Assembly (NCBI GenBank): GCA_035688805.1
Contig: DASSMQ010000006.1
Coordinates: 15,012-79,011, forward strand
Reading direction: 5' to 3'
From: Candidatus Limnocylindrales bacterium
GTDB lineage: Bacteria > Chloroflexota > Limnocylindria > Limnocylindrales > CSP1-4
Length of the DNA stretch: 64,000 nucleotides
In this document: piece after piece, positions 1 through 10,324 of the stretch
How the letters are laid out: the number at the start of each line of letters is the position of its first letter
How positions within the stretch are numbered: position 1 is the first letter of the stretch
Made by a program: the position numbers and the translations under genes
The notes under the pieces: model-generated
What the model was told of the DNA's origin: nothing
What the model saw: the letters and a program-made list of their open reading frames with translations, nothing else
Databases searched by the model: none

Positions 1-678
1 GCCAGCCATGCCATCGTCAAGGGCCGGATCACGGAGCGTGGCGCGCTGCTGCTCGCGGCGATCGCCTTTGCGTCAGCCGTGGCGATCGGCCTCTACCTCG
101 TCTGGCTCCGGGGGCCGGCCATCGTCGGCCTCGGCATCCTCGGGCTCATCGGTGGCTGGGGCTACACCGCGCCACCGCTCCAGTACAAGAATCGAGGCCT
201 GGGCGTGCCGCTCGTGTTCCTGCTCATGGGCCCGCTGATGGTCGGCGGGGCGTATTTCGCGGTCAGCGGCACCTGGTCGCTCACGGCGATCGTGCTGTCG
301 ATCCCGGTCGGGCTGTTGGTCGCCGCCATCCTGCATGGCAACGAGTGGCGCGATATCCGCGAGGACACTCGGGCCGGCATCACGACCCTGTCGTCCCGTA
401 TAGGGCGACGCTGGGCGCACGACGGGTATGTGGCCCTGGTGCTCGGCGCGTACGTCGTCCTCGCCCTGTCGGTCATCGCCCGGGTGCTCCCGGCCCCGAC
501 GATGCTGGCCATCCTGTCGCTGCCCTTCCTCGCCCAGGTGATCCGGTCCGCCGAGCTCGGTGCGACCGGACAGGCCCGGGCCATCGCCATGATCGATCTG
601 CAGACTGCCCGGCTCCACCTCGCCTTCGGGTCGCTGCTGGTCGTCGGGCTGGTGCTGTCCCGGGCCATCGGTGGCTGA
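1..678 (+). CDS. UbiA-family prenyltransferase, MenA-like (5' truncated by window edge)
   Basis: Frame 1 is open from base 1 and continuous with the 79..678 ORF. It is multi-TM, with an HGNEWRDIREDTRAGITTL motif typical of 1,4-dihydroxy-2-naphthoate polyprenyltransferases. Confidence 0.6.
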   Translation, partial: ASHAIVKGRITERGALLLAAIAFASAVAIGLYLVWLRGPAIVGLGILGLIGGWGYTAPPLQYKNRGLGVPLVFLLMGPLMVGGAYFAVSGTWSLTAIVLSIPVGLLVAAILHGNEWRDIREDTRAGITTLSSRIGRRWAHDGYVALVLGAYVVLALSVIARVLPAPTMLAILSLPFLAQVIRSAELGATGQARAIAMIDLQTARLHLAFGSLLVVGLVLSRAIGG

Positions 679-1348
679 TCGATCCGAAGCGGGCCGGGAC
701 GCCTCGCCCGGGACGGTCGCGCTCGGGCTGCTGGCGGCCCAGGTCGCGTTCGCGGCCACATTCCGCGGACCGCGCCATCGATTCTGGCAGCGGATGACCA
801 TGACCGGGCTGGGGCTGGGTGCCCTGGCGTTGGCGACCAGCGGCACTGCCCGCGCGACCCGTATCGGCGCTCGCGACATCGCGCTCGGCCTCGCCTCGGC
901 GGGGACCCTGTACGCGACGTTCAAGGCCGGCGATGTGTTCGCGCGTCGGTTCGTCCCGGGTGGGGACGCCCAGATCCGCGACATCTACACGCTGCGGACG
1001 CTCCGCCCGAAGGGCGAGATCGCGACGCGGCTGGCGACCGTCATCGGGCCCGCTGAGGAGCTGTTCTGGCGCGGTCTCGTCGCCGATGTGCTCATGACCC
1101 GTTACGGCCGATGGCGCGGGGCAGCGCTGGCGGCCGCAGCGTACGGCGGCGTCCACATCATCACCGGCAACTTCACGCTGTTCGGCGCGGCGGGTATCGC
1201 CGGCGCGCACTGGTGCGCCCTGTACGCGGCCGGGGTCCCGCTCGGGGCGCTGATCGTCAGCCACGTCGCCTGGGATGTCTGGATCTTCCTGCTCCAGCCG
1301 ACCGGCGAGATCGAGCCCATCCGACCCCTGGCGGCCGCGACGGCGTAG
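671..1348 (+). CDS. CPBP family intramembrane metalloprotease (CAAX protease / Abi family)
   Basis: Motifs PAEELFWRGL (EExxxR), GGVHI (FxxxH) and SHVAWDVWIF (HxxxD/N) in a multi-TM protein. Confidence 0.6.
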   Translation: MADRSEAGRDASPGTVALGLLAAQVAFAATFRGPRHRFWQRMTMTGLGLGALALATSGTARATRIGARDIALGLASAGTLYATFKAGDVFARRFVPGGDAQIRDIYTLRTLRPKGEIATRLATVIGPAEELFWRGLVADVLMTRYGRWRGAALAAAAYGGVHIITGNFTLFGAAGIAGAHWCALYAAGVPLGALIVSHVAWDVWIFLLQPTGEIEPIRPLAAATA

Positions 1349-1391
1349 TCGCCCGCGTTGGTGGGCGGCGCGGTCGGGCGCGGCGACTGCG

Positions 1392-2162
1392 TCAGTCGAG
1401 CCGGACGACCCGGCCGCGGACCGCCCAGGCTCGAGCCGGGATCACGAACGCACCACTCGGAAGCCGTTCGCGAAGGCGTTCGCGCAGCGCGACGCGTCGT
1501 TCGGGATCCAGGCGCACCGTGTAGGCACCCGCCGGACCGACGCCGCGCGTGAAGGGCTCCCACCATTCCGCGAAGCTCGGGTGCTCGAGGTCGGCGACGA
1601 ACGTCACCTCGATGACGTTCTCCAGCCCGGCCTCCATGAAGAGTGCGGCCAGCTGGCCGGCACGGGCGCCCGGCAGCTCGGATTCGTCGGCGACACCGGG
1701 ATCGAGCTCGCGTGCCACGGTCCAGAAGAGGCCGAGCGGACCCAGTCCGCCGGCATGGTCCCAGACGCTCGCGGCAAGGACCCCGTCTGGACGCGTGACA
1801 CGGGCCATCTCCGCGAGGCCCGCGATCGGGTCCGGCATGAAATGGACGACGAGCTGGGCGAGGGCCGCGTCGAAGGCCGCGTCCGGGAACGGCAACGCGT
1901 CGGCCGATGCCTGCCGGACGTCCACGCCCGGGTTCCGCGCTCGCGCAGCCTCGACGAACGGCGCAGACGGGTCGACTGCGGCGACCGACGCCTCGCCGAG
2001 CCGCGTCACCAGCTCGCCCGTGAGCGCCCCCGGGCCACAGCCCACGTCGATGACGCGCTGACCCGGCGCGACGCCGGCGAGATCGGCCAGTTGCGGCGAC
2101 AGCAGCCGCGAATAGCGGCCCATGAACGCGTCATAGGCATCGGCGGCGACGTCGAAACTCAT
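1392..2162 (-). CDS. class I SAM-dependent methyltransferase
   Basis: VIDVGCGPGALT glycine-rich SAM motif; Rossmann-like MTase layout; 256 aa. Confidence 0.7.
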   Translation of the reverse strand: MSFDVAADAYDAFMGRYSRLLSPQLADLAGVAPGQRVIDVGCGPGALTGELVTRLGEASVAAVDPSAPFVEAARARNPGVDVRQASADALPFPDAAFDAALAQLVVHFMPDPIAGLAEMARVTRPDGVLAASVWDHAGGLGPLGLFWTVARELDPGVADESELPGARAGQLAALFMEAGLENVIEVTFVADLEHPSFAEWWEPFTRGVGPAGAYTVRLDPERRVALRERLRERLPSGAFVIPARAWAVRGRVVRLD

Positions 2163-2381
2163 CGGGTGAGGGTACGGCGTTGCAGGAAGAGAGATAGCGA
2201 ATACGCGGGTACGTGGACTGAGAGTGCGCCCGACACAGTCCCCGACGATGCATCCATCCGATTCGGGTCGAGCATGCGGGCGCTCCGTCGCCGGAAGCGT
2301 TGGACCCAGCAGCGCCTCGCCGACGCGGTTCGGGTGTCCCGCTCGGTGATCGCGGGAACAGCGCCGGATCGCGCCGCGCGA

Positions 2382-2450
2382 AGCTCGGGCCGCTCGACCG
2401 CTCGGGCCGCGCGAACGCCGGGGCCGCGTGAACGCCCGGCGCCGCGTGAG
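2382..2450. repeat. four tandem copies of a degenerate 17-bp unit (CGCYSGGGCCGCGYGAA) between dnaK stop and the methyltransferase
   Basis: Read directly: aagctcgggccgctcgac / cgctcgggccgcgcgaa / cgccggggccgcgtgaa / cgcccggcgccgcgtga. Confidence 0.5.
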
Positions 2451-2471
2451 CCCCCGAGCCGATGCCCGGGG

Positions 2472-4421
2472 TCAGACCTCCTTGAACTCGCCCTCGACGG
2501 CCTCGTCGCCTTCGGCCGCGCCGGGCTCGCCAGCGCCTTCCGCGCCACCCGCTCCGCCCTCGCCGCCGGCACCATCGCCGGAGCCGTTCGACGGCCCGGC
2601 TTCGGACGCGGACGCCTGGTAGGCGGCCGTCGACACCCGCTGGAGGGTCTCGGCGAGCGCCGTCGCTCCGGTCCGGACCGCGCCGACGTCGGAGCCCTTC
2701 AGGGCCTCGCGGAGCGAGGACACCTGGTTCTCGACCTCGAGCTTGTCCTCGGACGAGACCTTCTCGCCCAGGTCTTTCAGGGTCCGTTCGGCCTGGAACG
2801 TGAGCGCCTCGGCCTGGTTGCGGACCTCGACCTCCTCGCGCCGCTGCTTGTCCTCGTCGGCGTGCTCGGCCGCGTCGCGCACCATCTGGTCGACGGCGTC
2901 CTTCGACAGCATCGACGAGGCGGTGATCCGGACCTGCTGCTCTTTGCTGGTCGCCCGGTCCTTGGCCTTCACATCGAGGATGCCATTCGCGTCGATGTCG
3001 AACGTGACCTCGATCTGGGGCACGCCCCGTGGAGCCGGCGGGATCCCGTCGAGGATGAACCGGCCGAGGGTCTTGTTGTCCGCCGCGAAGTCGCGCTCGC
3101 CCTGGAGGACGTGGATCTCGACCTGCGACTGCGAGTCGCTGGCGGTCGAGAAGACCTGGGACTTCGAGGTCGGGATGGTCGTGTTCCGCTCGATGAGCTT
3201 GGTCATGACGCCACCGAGCGTTTCGATGCCGAGCGACAGCGGCGTGACGTCGAGCAAGAGGACGTCCTTGACGTCACCCGCCAGGACCCCGGCCTGGATG
3301 GCGGCACCGATGGCCACGACCTCGTCCGGGTTCACGCCCTTGTGCGGCTCCTTGCCGCCGAACATCTTCTTGACCGCCTCGACGACGGCGGGCATCCGGG
3401 TCATGCCACCGACCAGGATCACCTCGTCGATGTCGCCGGGCTTGAGGCCGGCGTCCTTGAGGGCTGCCGACACCGGACCCTCGGTCTTCGACACGAGGTC
3501 GGCGACCAGATCCTCGAGCTTGGCTCGCGAGAGCGAGAGCACGAGGTGTTTCGGGCCGGACGCGTCGGCGGTGACGTAGGGCAGGTTGATCTCGGTCGTC
3601 GCGGTCGAGCTCAGCTCGATCTTGGCCTTCTCGGCGGCCTCCTTGAGCCGCTGGAGCGCCTGCTGGTCCTTGGACAGGTCGATGCCCTGGTCCTTCTTGA
3701 ATTCGGCCAGCAGCCAGTCGATGACGCGCTGGTCGAAGTCGTCGCCACCGAGGTGGGTGTCGCCGTTGGTCGCCTTGACCTCGAAGACGCCCTCACCGAG
3801 TTCGAGGATCGAGATGTCGAACGTGCCGCCACCGAGGTCGTATACGGCGATCTTCTCGTCGTGCTTCTTGTCCAGCCCGTAGGCCAGGGCCGAGGCGGTC
3901 GGCTCGTTGATGATCCGCTTGACGTCGAGGCCGGCGATCCGGCCGGCGTCCTTGGTCGCCTGCCGCTGGGTGTCGTCGAAATAGGCCGGGACCGTGATGA
4001 CGGCCTCCGTGATCTTCTCGCCGAGATACGCCTCCGCGTCGGTCTTGAGCTTCTGGAGGATCATCGCGCTGATCTCGGGCGGCGTGTACGTCTTGCCGTC
4101 GGCCAGCTTGACCGCGACCCCATCGGAGTTGGGGTCCTTCTCCATCTTGTAGGGGACGAGCTCGCGCGAACGCTTCACTTCGGGGTCGTCCCAGCGGCGA
4201 CCCATGAAGCGCTTGATCGAATAGACCGTATTGGTCGGATTGGTGACGGCCTGGCGCTTGGCCAGCTGGCCGACCAATCGCTCGCCCGTCTTGGTGAACG
4301 CGACGACCGACGGAACGGTCCGGCCGCCCTCTGCCGACGCGATGACGGTCGGCTCGCCGCCCTCCATGACGGCGACGACGGAGTTCGTCGTGCCAAGGTC
4401 GATGCCGATGATCTTGCCCAT
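2472..4421 (-). CDS. dnaK: molecular chaperone DnaK (Hsp70)
   Basis: [19 protein letters not shown]-terminus and full-length Hsp70 homology with an acidic C-terminal EEVD-like tail; 649 aa. Confidence 0.97.
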   Translation of the reverse strand: MGKIIGIDLGTTNSVVAVMEGGEPTVIASAEGGRTVPSVVAFTKTGERLVGQLAKRQAVTNPTNTVYSIKRFMGRRWDDPEVKRSRELVPYKMEKDPNSDGVAVKLADGKTYTPPEISAMILQKLKTDAEAYLGEKITEAVITVPAYFDDTQRQATKDAGRIAGLDVKRIINEPTASALAYGLDKKHDEKIAVYDLGGGTFDISILELGEGVFEVKATNGDTHLGGDDFDQRVIDWLLAEFKKDQGIDLSKDQQALQRLKEAAEKAKIELSSTATTEINLPYVTADASGPKHLVLSLSRAKLEDLVADLVSKTEGPVSAALKDAGLKPGDIDEVILVGGMTRMPAVVEAVKKMFGGKEPHKGVNPDEVVAIGAAIQAGVLAGDVKDVLLLDVTPLSLGIETLGGVMTKLIERNTTIPTSKSQVFSTASDSQSQVEIHVLQGERDFAADNKTLGRFILDGIPPAPRGVPQIEVTFDIDANGILDVKAKDRATSKEQQVRITASSMLSKDAVDQMVRDAAEHADEDKQRREEVEVRNQAEALTFQAERTLKDLGEKVSSEDKLEVENQVSSLREALKGSDVGAVRTGATALAETLQRVSTAAYQASASEAGPSNGSGDGAGGEGGAGGAEGAGEPGAAEGDEAVEGEFKEV

Positions 4422-4466
4422 GGTGTGTGTTCGCTCCTCGCTCGGGATGGCTCGTTCGGTCGGTGG

Positions 4467-5045
4467 TCAGTCGGGTCGATCGGTGGTGGTCGGTTCAGAC
4501 GCGGCGGCGACGGCCACGAGGGCCGGCCGCAGGACGCGGTCGCGCAGTCGGTAACCACGCCGGACCTGCTCGACGATCTCGCCCTCGGCCCGGCCGCTGC
4601 CGGGGACGTTGGCGATCGCGTCGTGCTCGCGCGGATCGAAGGCGGTGCCGGGTTGCGCGTCGATGGCGCTCACGCCCTCGCTTTCGAGCAGGGTCCGGAG
4701 CTTGCGGTCGATGGCGGCGACGCCGTCGAACCACGGGTCCGTGGCGATGGCGTCGGGTCGCGCGTCGATCGCTCGATCGAAGTCGTCGGCCACGGCGAGC
4801 ACCTTGCGGATCAGGTCCTCGCCGGCCAGGCCGAGGTCGCGCTCGCGCTCCTCGGCGGTGCGTCGCTTGAAGTTGAGGAACTCGGCACGTTCTCGCTGCA
4901 GGGCGCCGAGGTACTCCTCGGCCTCCGTCCGGGCCGCGGCAAGCTCGCCGCGCACCGCCTCGAGATCCGCCAACAGCTTGGTCGGCCGGATGTCGATGTC
5001 CTCGGCGCGCTCCTGGGCGCGGGTCCGGTGTCGCGGTTCAGGCAT
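4467..5045 (-). CDS. grpE: nucleotide exchange factor GrpE
   Basis: GrpE-like coiled-coil plus C-terminal domain (AEFLNFKRRTAEER ...), located between hrcA and dnaK. Confidence 0.85.
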   Translation of the reverse strand: MPEPRHRTRAQERAEDIDIRPTKLLADLEAVRGELAAARTEAEEYLGALQRERAEFLNFKRRTAEERERDLGLAGEDLIRKVLAVADDFDRAIDARPDAIATDPWFDGVAAIDRKLRTLLESEGVSAIDAQPGTAFDPREHDAIANVPGSGRAEGEIVEQVRRGYRLRDRVLRPALVAVAAASEPTTTDRPD

Positions 5046-6108
5046 ACAGGTGGTCCACCAGCTCGTTCAGGAGACCGGACACGAACGTCACCGTGCCGAT
5101 CGCGTGGGGATAGCTCATGCGCGTCGGCCCGAGCACACCGACGACGCCCAGCGCGCGGCCCGGTCGCCCGTACGGGGCGAGCACGAGCGACACGTCGTGC
5201 ATCTCGGCCCGAGCGTTCTCGGCGCCGATCACGACCCGGATCCGACCCGACCCGGCGACGCTGCCGACCAGCTCGCCGAGGTACGCCCGGTTCTCCAGGG
5301 CCGTGAAGACCTGGCGCAGCTTGTCGCTCTGGGCGAACTCGGGCGCCTCCATGACGTTGAGCAGCCCGTCGGAGAAGACCTCCTCGACCGCGGCCGCGTC
5401 GTAATCGCGCAGGATCCGGACGATCCGGTCCCCGACGCGCTGGGCGACGCGCTGCACGGGGTCGGCACGGTCGAAGCGGGCCAGCGTGGCCTCGGCGGCG
5501 GTAGCCGTCGCCTCGAGCAGGTGCTCGTTGAGCATCGCCGCGACCCGGTTGAGGGTGGCTTGATCGACCGCGTCCGTCTCGTCGAGGGTGACCGCCGCCT
5601 GCTTGATGGCACCCTCCCGGAGGACCAGGATGAGGCTGGCCATCCGTTCGTTGACCGCGACGAGGTCGACCCGGCGGATGTGGGCGACCGCGGGCTTGGC
5701 CGGCGTCGCCAGACCCGCCGACCGGGTGAGGCCGGCCAGGGTCGTCGCCGCGAGGCGGAACCAGTGCTCGCTCGCGAATTCGACCTGACCGAACTGGTGG
5801 CGGATCATCAGCTGCTCGACCGGCGGCAGGGGAGAGGCATCGACGATCGATTCGACGTAGAACCGATACCCGGCGTCGGTCGGCATGCGCCCGGCGCTGG
5901 TATGCGGATGGCTCAGCAACCCAGCCATCTCCAGCTCAGCCAGGATGTTGCGGACGGTCGCGCTGGACACGCCGAGGGCGTAGCGCTCGACGAGTGCCAG
6001 ACTGCCGACCGGCTGGGCGGTGGTGACGTATTCCTCGATGACGGCCCGAAGGATCGCCTGAGAGCGGAGGTCCAACGGGCCGAGCGGGCGGCGGATCCGT
6101 CGCGCCAA
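5038..6108 (-). CDS. hrcA: heat-inducible transcription repressor HrcA
   Basis: N-terminal wHTH (RSQAILRAVIEEYVTTAQPVGS) and HrcA C-terminal domain; a CIRCE operator lies immediately upstream. Confidence 0.9.
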   Translation of the reverse strand: MARRIRRPLGPLDLRSQAILRAVIEEYVTTAQPVGSLALVERYALGVSSATVRNILAELEMAGLLSHPHTSAGRMPTDAGYRFYVESIVDASPLPPVEQLMIRHQFGQVEFASEHWFRLAATTLAGLTRSAGLATPAKPAVAHIRRVDLVAVNERMASLILVLREGAIKQAAVTLDETDAVDQATLNRVAAMLNEHLLEATATAAEATLARFDRADPVQRVAQRVGDRIVRILRDYDAAAVEEVFSDGLLNVMEAPEFAQSDKLRQVFTALENRAYLGELVGSVAGSGRIRVVIGAENARAEMHDVSLVLAPYGRPGRALGVVGVLGPTRMSYPHAIGTVTFVSGLLNELVDHLYA

Positions 6109-6127
6109 ACTCGTTCTCCGGTGGTAG

Positions 6128-6154
6128 TTAGCACTCGATGGGTGAGAGTGCTAA
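6128..6154. promoter_or_regulatory. CIRCE operator (TTAGCACTC-N9-GAGTGCTAA), perfect consensus
   Basis: Read directly: ttagcactc gatgggtga gagtgctaa. It lies 20 bp upstream of the hrcA start codon. Confidence 0.9.
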
Positions 6155-6167
6155 CGGGTCGGGAGGC

Positions 6168-6197
6168 ATCGTAGCAGTCGCCGGTCGGGAGTGTCAA
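6168..6197 (-). promoter_or_regulatory. putative sigma-A promoter of hrcA operon (-35 TTGACA, 18-bp spacer, -10 TACGAT, minus strand)
   Basis: The reverse complement of 6168..6197 reads TTGACActcccgaccggcgactgcTACGAT, immediately upstream of CIRCE. Confidence 0.55.
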
Positions 6198-6221
6198 CGC
6201 GTGGTCGGCGTCGCGGAGCTC

Positions 6222-7454
6222 CTAGACGAGGCGCTGGAACAACTCGTTGGAGAGCAGCCGTCCACGAGTGGTCAGCACGACGCGCTCCTGTGGCGTCACC
6301 GAGAGCAGCCCAGCGGCGAGCGCCCAGCCGAACGCGTCGGCCAGGGGCGCTTCGTGGGCCGTCGCCAAGGCCACCCCGGTGTCGAGACGCAGCCCGAGGA
6401 TGACGGCCTCAGCCGCGGCGGTCACCGGATCCAGCCGATCGACGCCGCCCGGCGGGAGCGACGGGGTCGAGCCGGCGAGGGCGGCCACGTATCGGTCCAG
6501 CCGCGCCGCGGTCCATCGCCGTGTCTCGCCATCGAATGCATGGGCGCCCGGACCGACCGCCTCGTGCGGCTGCCGCTGCCAGTACACCAGGTTGTGGCGG
6601 CTCTCGTGGCCGGCCTTCGCCCAGTTCGAGATCTCGTACCCGCGGTAGCCGGCCTCGCCGAGCGCGATGGATGCGGCGTGGTATTGGGCCGCAGCCCGGT
6701 CCTCGTCCTGTCCCGGCCTGACCGCGTCGCGCCAGCGGCGCGCACCCTTGGTCGTCGGCAGGTGGTCGCCATCGAGGCCCGTGAGGCCCTCGGCGTCGGG
6801 GTCGTCGAGGGTCAGGGCGTAGAGCGACAGGTGATCCGGTTCGAGCGCCAGCGCCCGGTCGAGCGTCGCCAGCCACGTGGCGAGGTCACTGTCCGGGATG
6901 TCGTATAGCAGATCGACGTTGATCGAGCCGATGCCCGCCGCGCGCGCCGCCGCGACCGCGTCGGCCACGTGGCGCGATCGATGGCGTCGGCCGAGCTTGC
7001 GCAGCTCCGTGTCGTCGAACGACTGGGCCCCGAACGAGAGCCGCGTGACGCCCGCCCGGCGGAGGGCCGCGGGATCGCCACGCTCATCCGGCCCGGGGTT
7101 CGCCTCGGCCGTGATCTCGGCACCGTCGGCGATTCCGAACCGGTCACGGATCCGGCTCAGCAGTCGTTCGATCGAGGCGGCCGGCAGCAGCGTCGGCGTG
7201 CCGCCACCGAGGTACACGCTCGCGAGTGCCGGCCGACCGTCATCTCCCGGGGCCCCGAACGCCTGGTCCAGGGCGTCGGCTCGCAACTCGATCTCGACGA
7301 GGAGCGCATCCAGGAACTGCCCGATCCGGTTGCGCGGGCCACGGGCCGCCGATCCGGCGATCACCACGAAATCGCAGTACGGACACAGCGAGACGCAGAA
7401 CGGGATGTGGACGTAGAGGGCGACCGGGGGGTCGGCGGCCATCGGCCGAGCCAT
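6222..7454 (-). CDS. hemW: radical SAM heme chaperone HemW (HemN-like, oxygen-independent coproporphyrinogen oxidase family)
   Basis: LYVHIPFCVSLCPYCDF CxxxCxxC radical-SAM motif and HemN C-terminal domain. The start is placed at the internal Met MARPMAADPP..., because the long ORF upstream of that is antisense run-on. The synteny lepA-hemW-hrcA matches Bacillus. Confidence 0.8.
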   Translation of the reverse strand: MARPMAADPPVALYVHIPFCVSLCPYCDFVVIAGSAARGPRNRIGQFLDALLVEIELRADALDQAFGAPGDDGRPALASVYLGGGTPTLLPAASIERLLSRIRDRFGIADGAEITAEANPGPDERGDPAALRRAGVTRLSFGAQSFDDTELRKLGRRHRSRHVADAVAAARAAGIGSINVDLLYDIPDSDLATWLATLDRALALEPDHLSLYALTLDDPDAEGLTGLDGDHLPTTKGARRWRDAVRPGQDEDRAAAQYHAASIALGEAGYRGYEISNWAKAGHESRHNLVYWQRQPHEAVGPGAHAFDGETRRWTAARLDRYVAALAGSTPSLPPGGVDRLDPVTAAAEAVILGLRLDTGVALATAHEAPLADAFGWALAAGLLSVTPQERVVLTTRGRLLSNELFQRLV

Positions 7455-7456
7455 CG

Positions 7457-8227
7457 TCAGCGGTCCCGCTGAGCGGACTCCCGACTCCCGATGACCCGCC
7501 AGCCATCCGGCGGCCGACGCCGTCGGTCGATCTCTTCGACCTCGCGTCCCTTCGGCAGGGTCTGGCCGGTGTGGCCCGTACAGAGGAAGACGGCGAACCG
7601 GGTGGCCGCGTGCCCCAGGAAGGCCGCCGCGATGCCGCCGGTGATCGCCGTCAGCCAACCGGCGATGAGCCCGATCGCCAGCGTCAGGACCAGCAGATAT
7701 CGATCACGACCGGGCGCCCCGAGCCGGGTGGACAGGGCGTAGAGCAGGGCCTGGACCACGTTCGCGAGGTTCGGGTCGAGGCCCACGGTCAGCATCATCC
7801 CGAACAGCGCGCCGCGGAACGTGGCCTCGTCGACGAACGCGGTCGCCGTCGAGTTGAGCAATGCGCCCGGGTACGAGGCCATGTCCGGGAACCGGATCCG
7901 CTGGTAGCGCAGGGTCGCGAACGCGATGGCCTGGGCGATGCCCAGCCCGGCGAAGATCAGGCCGCCGAATACCGCCCCCAGCCGATCGCCGGTCCCGAGG
8001 TACAGCTGGGTCGTCGAGTGGGGGTGGATGTAGGCGATCGCGATCACGAGCGCCGCCCCGAGCGCGTACCAGGCGATCCGCCGGCGGACCCGCGGCCGCT
8101 CGCCGTCTCGGGTGCTCTCGTAGTACTCGGCGGTCCCGAACCGCTCGGCATCGAGGCGCAGCAGGATCAGGAGCATCACGAGACCGACGACGATCCAGCC
8201 GCGGGACAGGTCGAACAGGCCCTGCAC
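7457..8227 (-). CDS. CPBP-like intramembrane protease family membrane protein (start uncertain; GTG 8 bp after lepA stop)
   Basis: Multi-TM protein with VDEATFRGALFG (EExxxR-like) and FLGHAATRF motifs. The ORF overlaps lepA upstream of the proposed start. Confidence 0.45.
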   Translation of the reverse strand: MQGLFDLSRGWIVVGLVMLLILLRLDAERFGTAEYYESTRDGERPRVRRRIAWYALGAALVIAIAYIHPHSTTQLYLGTGDRLGAVFGGLIFAGLGIAQAIAFATLRYQRIRFPDMASYPGALLNSTATAFVDEATFRGALFGMMLTVGLDPNLANVVQALLYALSTRLGAPGRDRYLLVLTLAIGLIAGWLTAITGGIAAAFLGHAATRFAVFLCTGHTGQTLPKGREVEEIDRRRRPPDGWRVIGSRESAQRDR

Positions 8228-8232
8228 GCCCG

Positions 8233-10044
8233 TCAACCCTCGTCCATGCGCAACATCGCCAGGAAGGCCTCCTGCGGGATCTCGACCGACCCCACCCGCT
8301 TCATCCGCTGCTTCCCCTCTTTCTGCTTCTCGAGGAGCTTGCGCTTGCGGGTGATGTCGCCACCGTAACACTTGGCCAGCACGTTCTTGCGCATCGCGCG
8401 GACCGTTTCGCGGGCGATCACGTTGCTGCCGATCGCAGCCTGGATCGGGATCTCGAACATCTGGCGCGGGATCAGCTGCTTGAGTCGCTCGGCGAGCGCC
8501 CGGCCGGTCGACGGGGCGCGGTCACGGTGCACGATGATGCTGAGCGCGTCGACGGGTTCGCCGTTCACCAGGATGTCGACCTTGGCGAGCTCGGCCGGTC
8601 GATAGCCGAGCTCCTCGTAGTCCATCGACGCGTAGCCCTGGCTGCGACTCTTGAGCTGGTCGAAGTAGTCGACGATCAGCTCGGCCAGAGGCATCTCGAA
8701 ATGGAGCACGACGCGGGTAGGGTCGAGGTACTCCATGTCGATGAACTCCCCGCGCCGGTTGGTCGAGAGCTCCATCAGCGCGCCGATGTACTGGCTGGGA
8801 CTGACGACGCTGAGGCTGACCCACGGCTCATCGATGGACTCGATCTCGGACGGACCGGGTAGACGGGCCGGGTTATCGACTACCACCAGGCCCCGGCCGT
8901 GCTGGAGGTGGACGTGGTATTCGACCGACGGGGCCGAGGCGATGAGGTCGAGACCGAACTCGCGCTCGAGGCGTTCCTGGACGATCTCCATGTGGAGCAG
9001 CCCGAGGAACCCGCACCGGAACCCGAACCCGAGGGCCACCGAACTCTCCGGCTCGAACGTGAAGCTCGCATCGTTGAGGTGGAGCTTGTCGAGTGCCTCC
9101 CGCAATTCGGGGTAGTCCTCGCCGCTGACCGGGTAGATGCCGGCGAAGACGAGGCTCTTGGCGGCCTGGTAGCCGGGCAGTGGCTGGGCCGCCGGCCGTG
9201 CCTGGGTCGTGACCGTATCGCCGACCTGGGCCTCGCGCACGTTCTTGAGCCCCGTCGCGACGTAGCCGACCTCCCCGGCGGTCAGCTGGCGGACCGGGAC
9301 GAGCTGGGGTCGGAAGACGCCGAGCTCGAGGGGCTCGGCGACCGCGCCACTGGCCATCAACCGGATCGGATCGTTGGCACGCAGGGTGCCCTGGGCGAGC
9401 CGGACGTAGACGATCACGCCCTTGTAGGCGTCGTAGTGGCTGTCGAAGATCAGGCCCTGGACCGGTGCCGCCGGGTCACCCTTCGGGGCGGGGATGCGCT
9501 CGACGACCGCCTCGAGGATGTCGATGACGCCGGTGCCGTCCTTGGCGCTCGCCAGGATGACCTCCTCGCGCGGGATGGCCAGGACGGTCTCCAGCTCCTC
9601 GATGATGGTGTCGGGATCGGCCGACGGCAGGTCGATCTTGTTGAGCACCGGGATCAGCGTGAGGTTCTCGCGCAGGGCCAGGTGGACGTTGGCCAGGGTC
9701 TGGGCCTCGATGCCCTGGGTCGCGTCGACGACGAGGATAGCGCCCTCACACGCCTGCAGGCTGTGGCTGACCTCGTAGGCGAAGTCGACGTGTCCCGGGG
9801 TGTCGATCAGGTTGAGGCCGTAAGTAAGACCGTCGCGGGCGGTGTACTCGAGGCGCACGGCGCGGGCCTTGATCGTGATGCCCTTCTCGCGCTCGAGATC
9901 CATCGAGTCGAGCACTTGGCTGGTCATCTGCCGGGCGTCGATCGTGTGGGTCAGCTCGAGCAACCGGTCCGCCAGCGTCGACTTGCCGTGATCGATGTGG
10001 GCGATGATCGAGAAGTTGCGCAGGCGCTCCTGGGGGATGGTCAC
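8233..10044 (-). CDS. lepA: translation elongation factor 4 (LepA)
   Basis: [20 protein letters not shown] GTPase G1 motif and full-length LepA homology; 603 aa; GTG start. Confidence 0.95.
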   Translation of the reverse strand: MTIPQERLRNFSIIAHIDHGKSTLADRLLELTHTIDARQMTSQVLDSMDLEREKGITIKARAVRLEYTARDGLTYGLNLIDTPGHVDFAYEVSHSLQACEGAILVVDATQGIEAQTLANVHLALRENLTLIPVLNKIDLPSADPDTIIEELETVLAIPREEVILASAKDGTGVIDILEAVVERIPAPKGDPAAPVQGLIFDSHYDAYKGVIVYVRLAQGTLRANDPIRLMASGAVAEPLELGVFRPQLVPVRQLTAGEVGYVATGLKNVREAQVGDTVTTQARPAAQPLPGYQAAKSLVFAGIYPVSGEDYPELREALDKLHLNDASFTFEPESSVALGFGFRCGFLGLLHMEIVQERLEREFGLDLIASAPSVEYHVHLQHGRGLVVVDNPARLPGPSEIESIDEPWVSLSVVSPSQYIGALMELSTNRRGEFIDMEYLDPTRVVLHFEMPLAELIVDYFDQLKSRSQGYASMDYEELGYRPAELAKVDILVNGEPVDALSIIVHRDRAPSTGRALAERLKQLIPRQMFEIPIQAAIGSNVIARETVRAMRKNVLAKCYGGDITRKRKLLEKQKEGKQRMKRVGSVEIPQEAFLAMLRMDEG

Positions 10045-10324
10045 GAGGCGGGAGTGTAGCGGGCGCGGAGCCGCCGACTACTCGTGTGCCTACGGCAGGA
10101 CCGCCATCGTCGCTTCGCGTGGAGTCGTGAGAGGACTGCCATCCGGCATTGGTCGGCAGGTATCTTCAGGCCTGGTTTCCGTAGGACGTACCCAAGAGCG
10201 ATCTGACGTGGAGCGACCATTCCGAGTCACGCGGCGAATACACCCAAAGAAGCTCGTTCCTGGCTCCACGCCACCGGCGACCTGACTCTCGCGGCGCCGC
10301 TTCGCAGGGGCAACCCCCCGAGGA

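Noticed and set aside
2159-2575. A dnaJ gene downstream of dnaK
   Set aside because: The only ORF there (138 aa, minus) overlaps the dnaK 3' end. It has no J-domain HPD motif or Cys-rich zinc finger and looks like run-on non-coding frame.
1275-5306. 1343-aa plus-strand ORF and several other very long ORFs (for example 24358..27117 +, 30491..32587 +, 18946..20043 -)
   Set aside because: They are antisense to recognisable conserved genes (dnaK/grpE, dnaE2, imuB/imuA, the LTD protein). They have Arg/Gly/Pro-rich low-complexity translations typical of stop-codon-poor antisense frames in GC-rich DNA.
6109-6221. HspR/HAIR operator (CTTGAGT-N7-ACTCAAG) expected for actinobacterial dnaK operons
   Set aside because: Not present. 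The region instead contains a perfect CIRCE and the gene order of HrcA-regulated operons.
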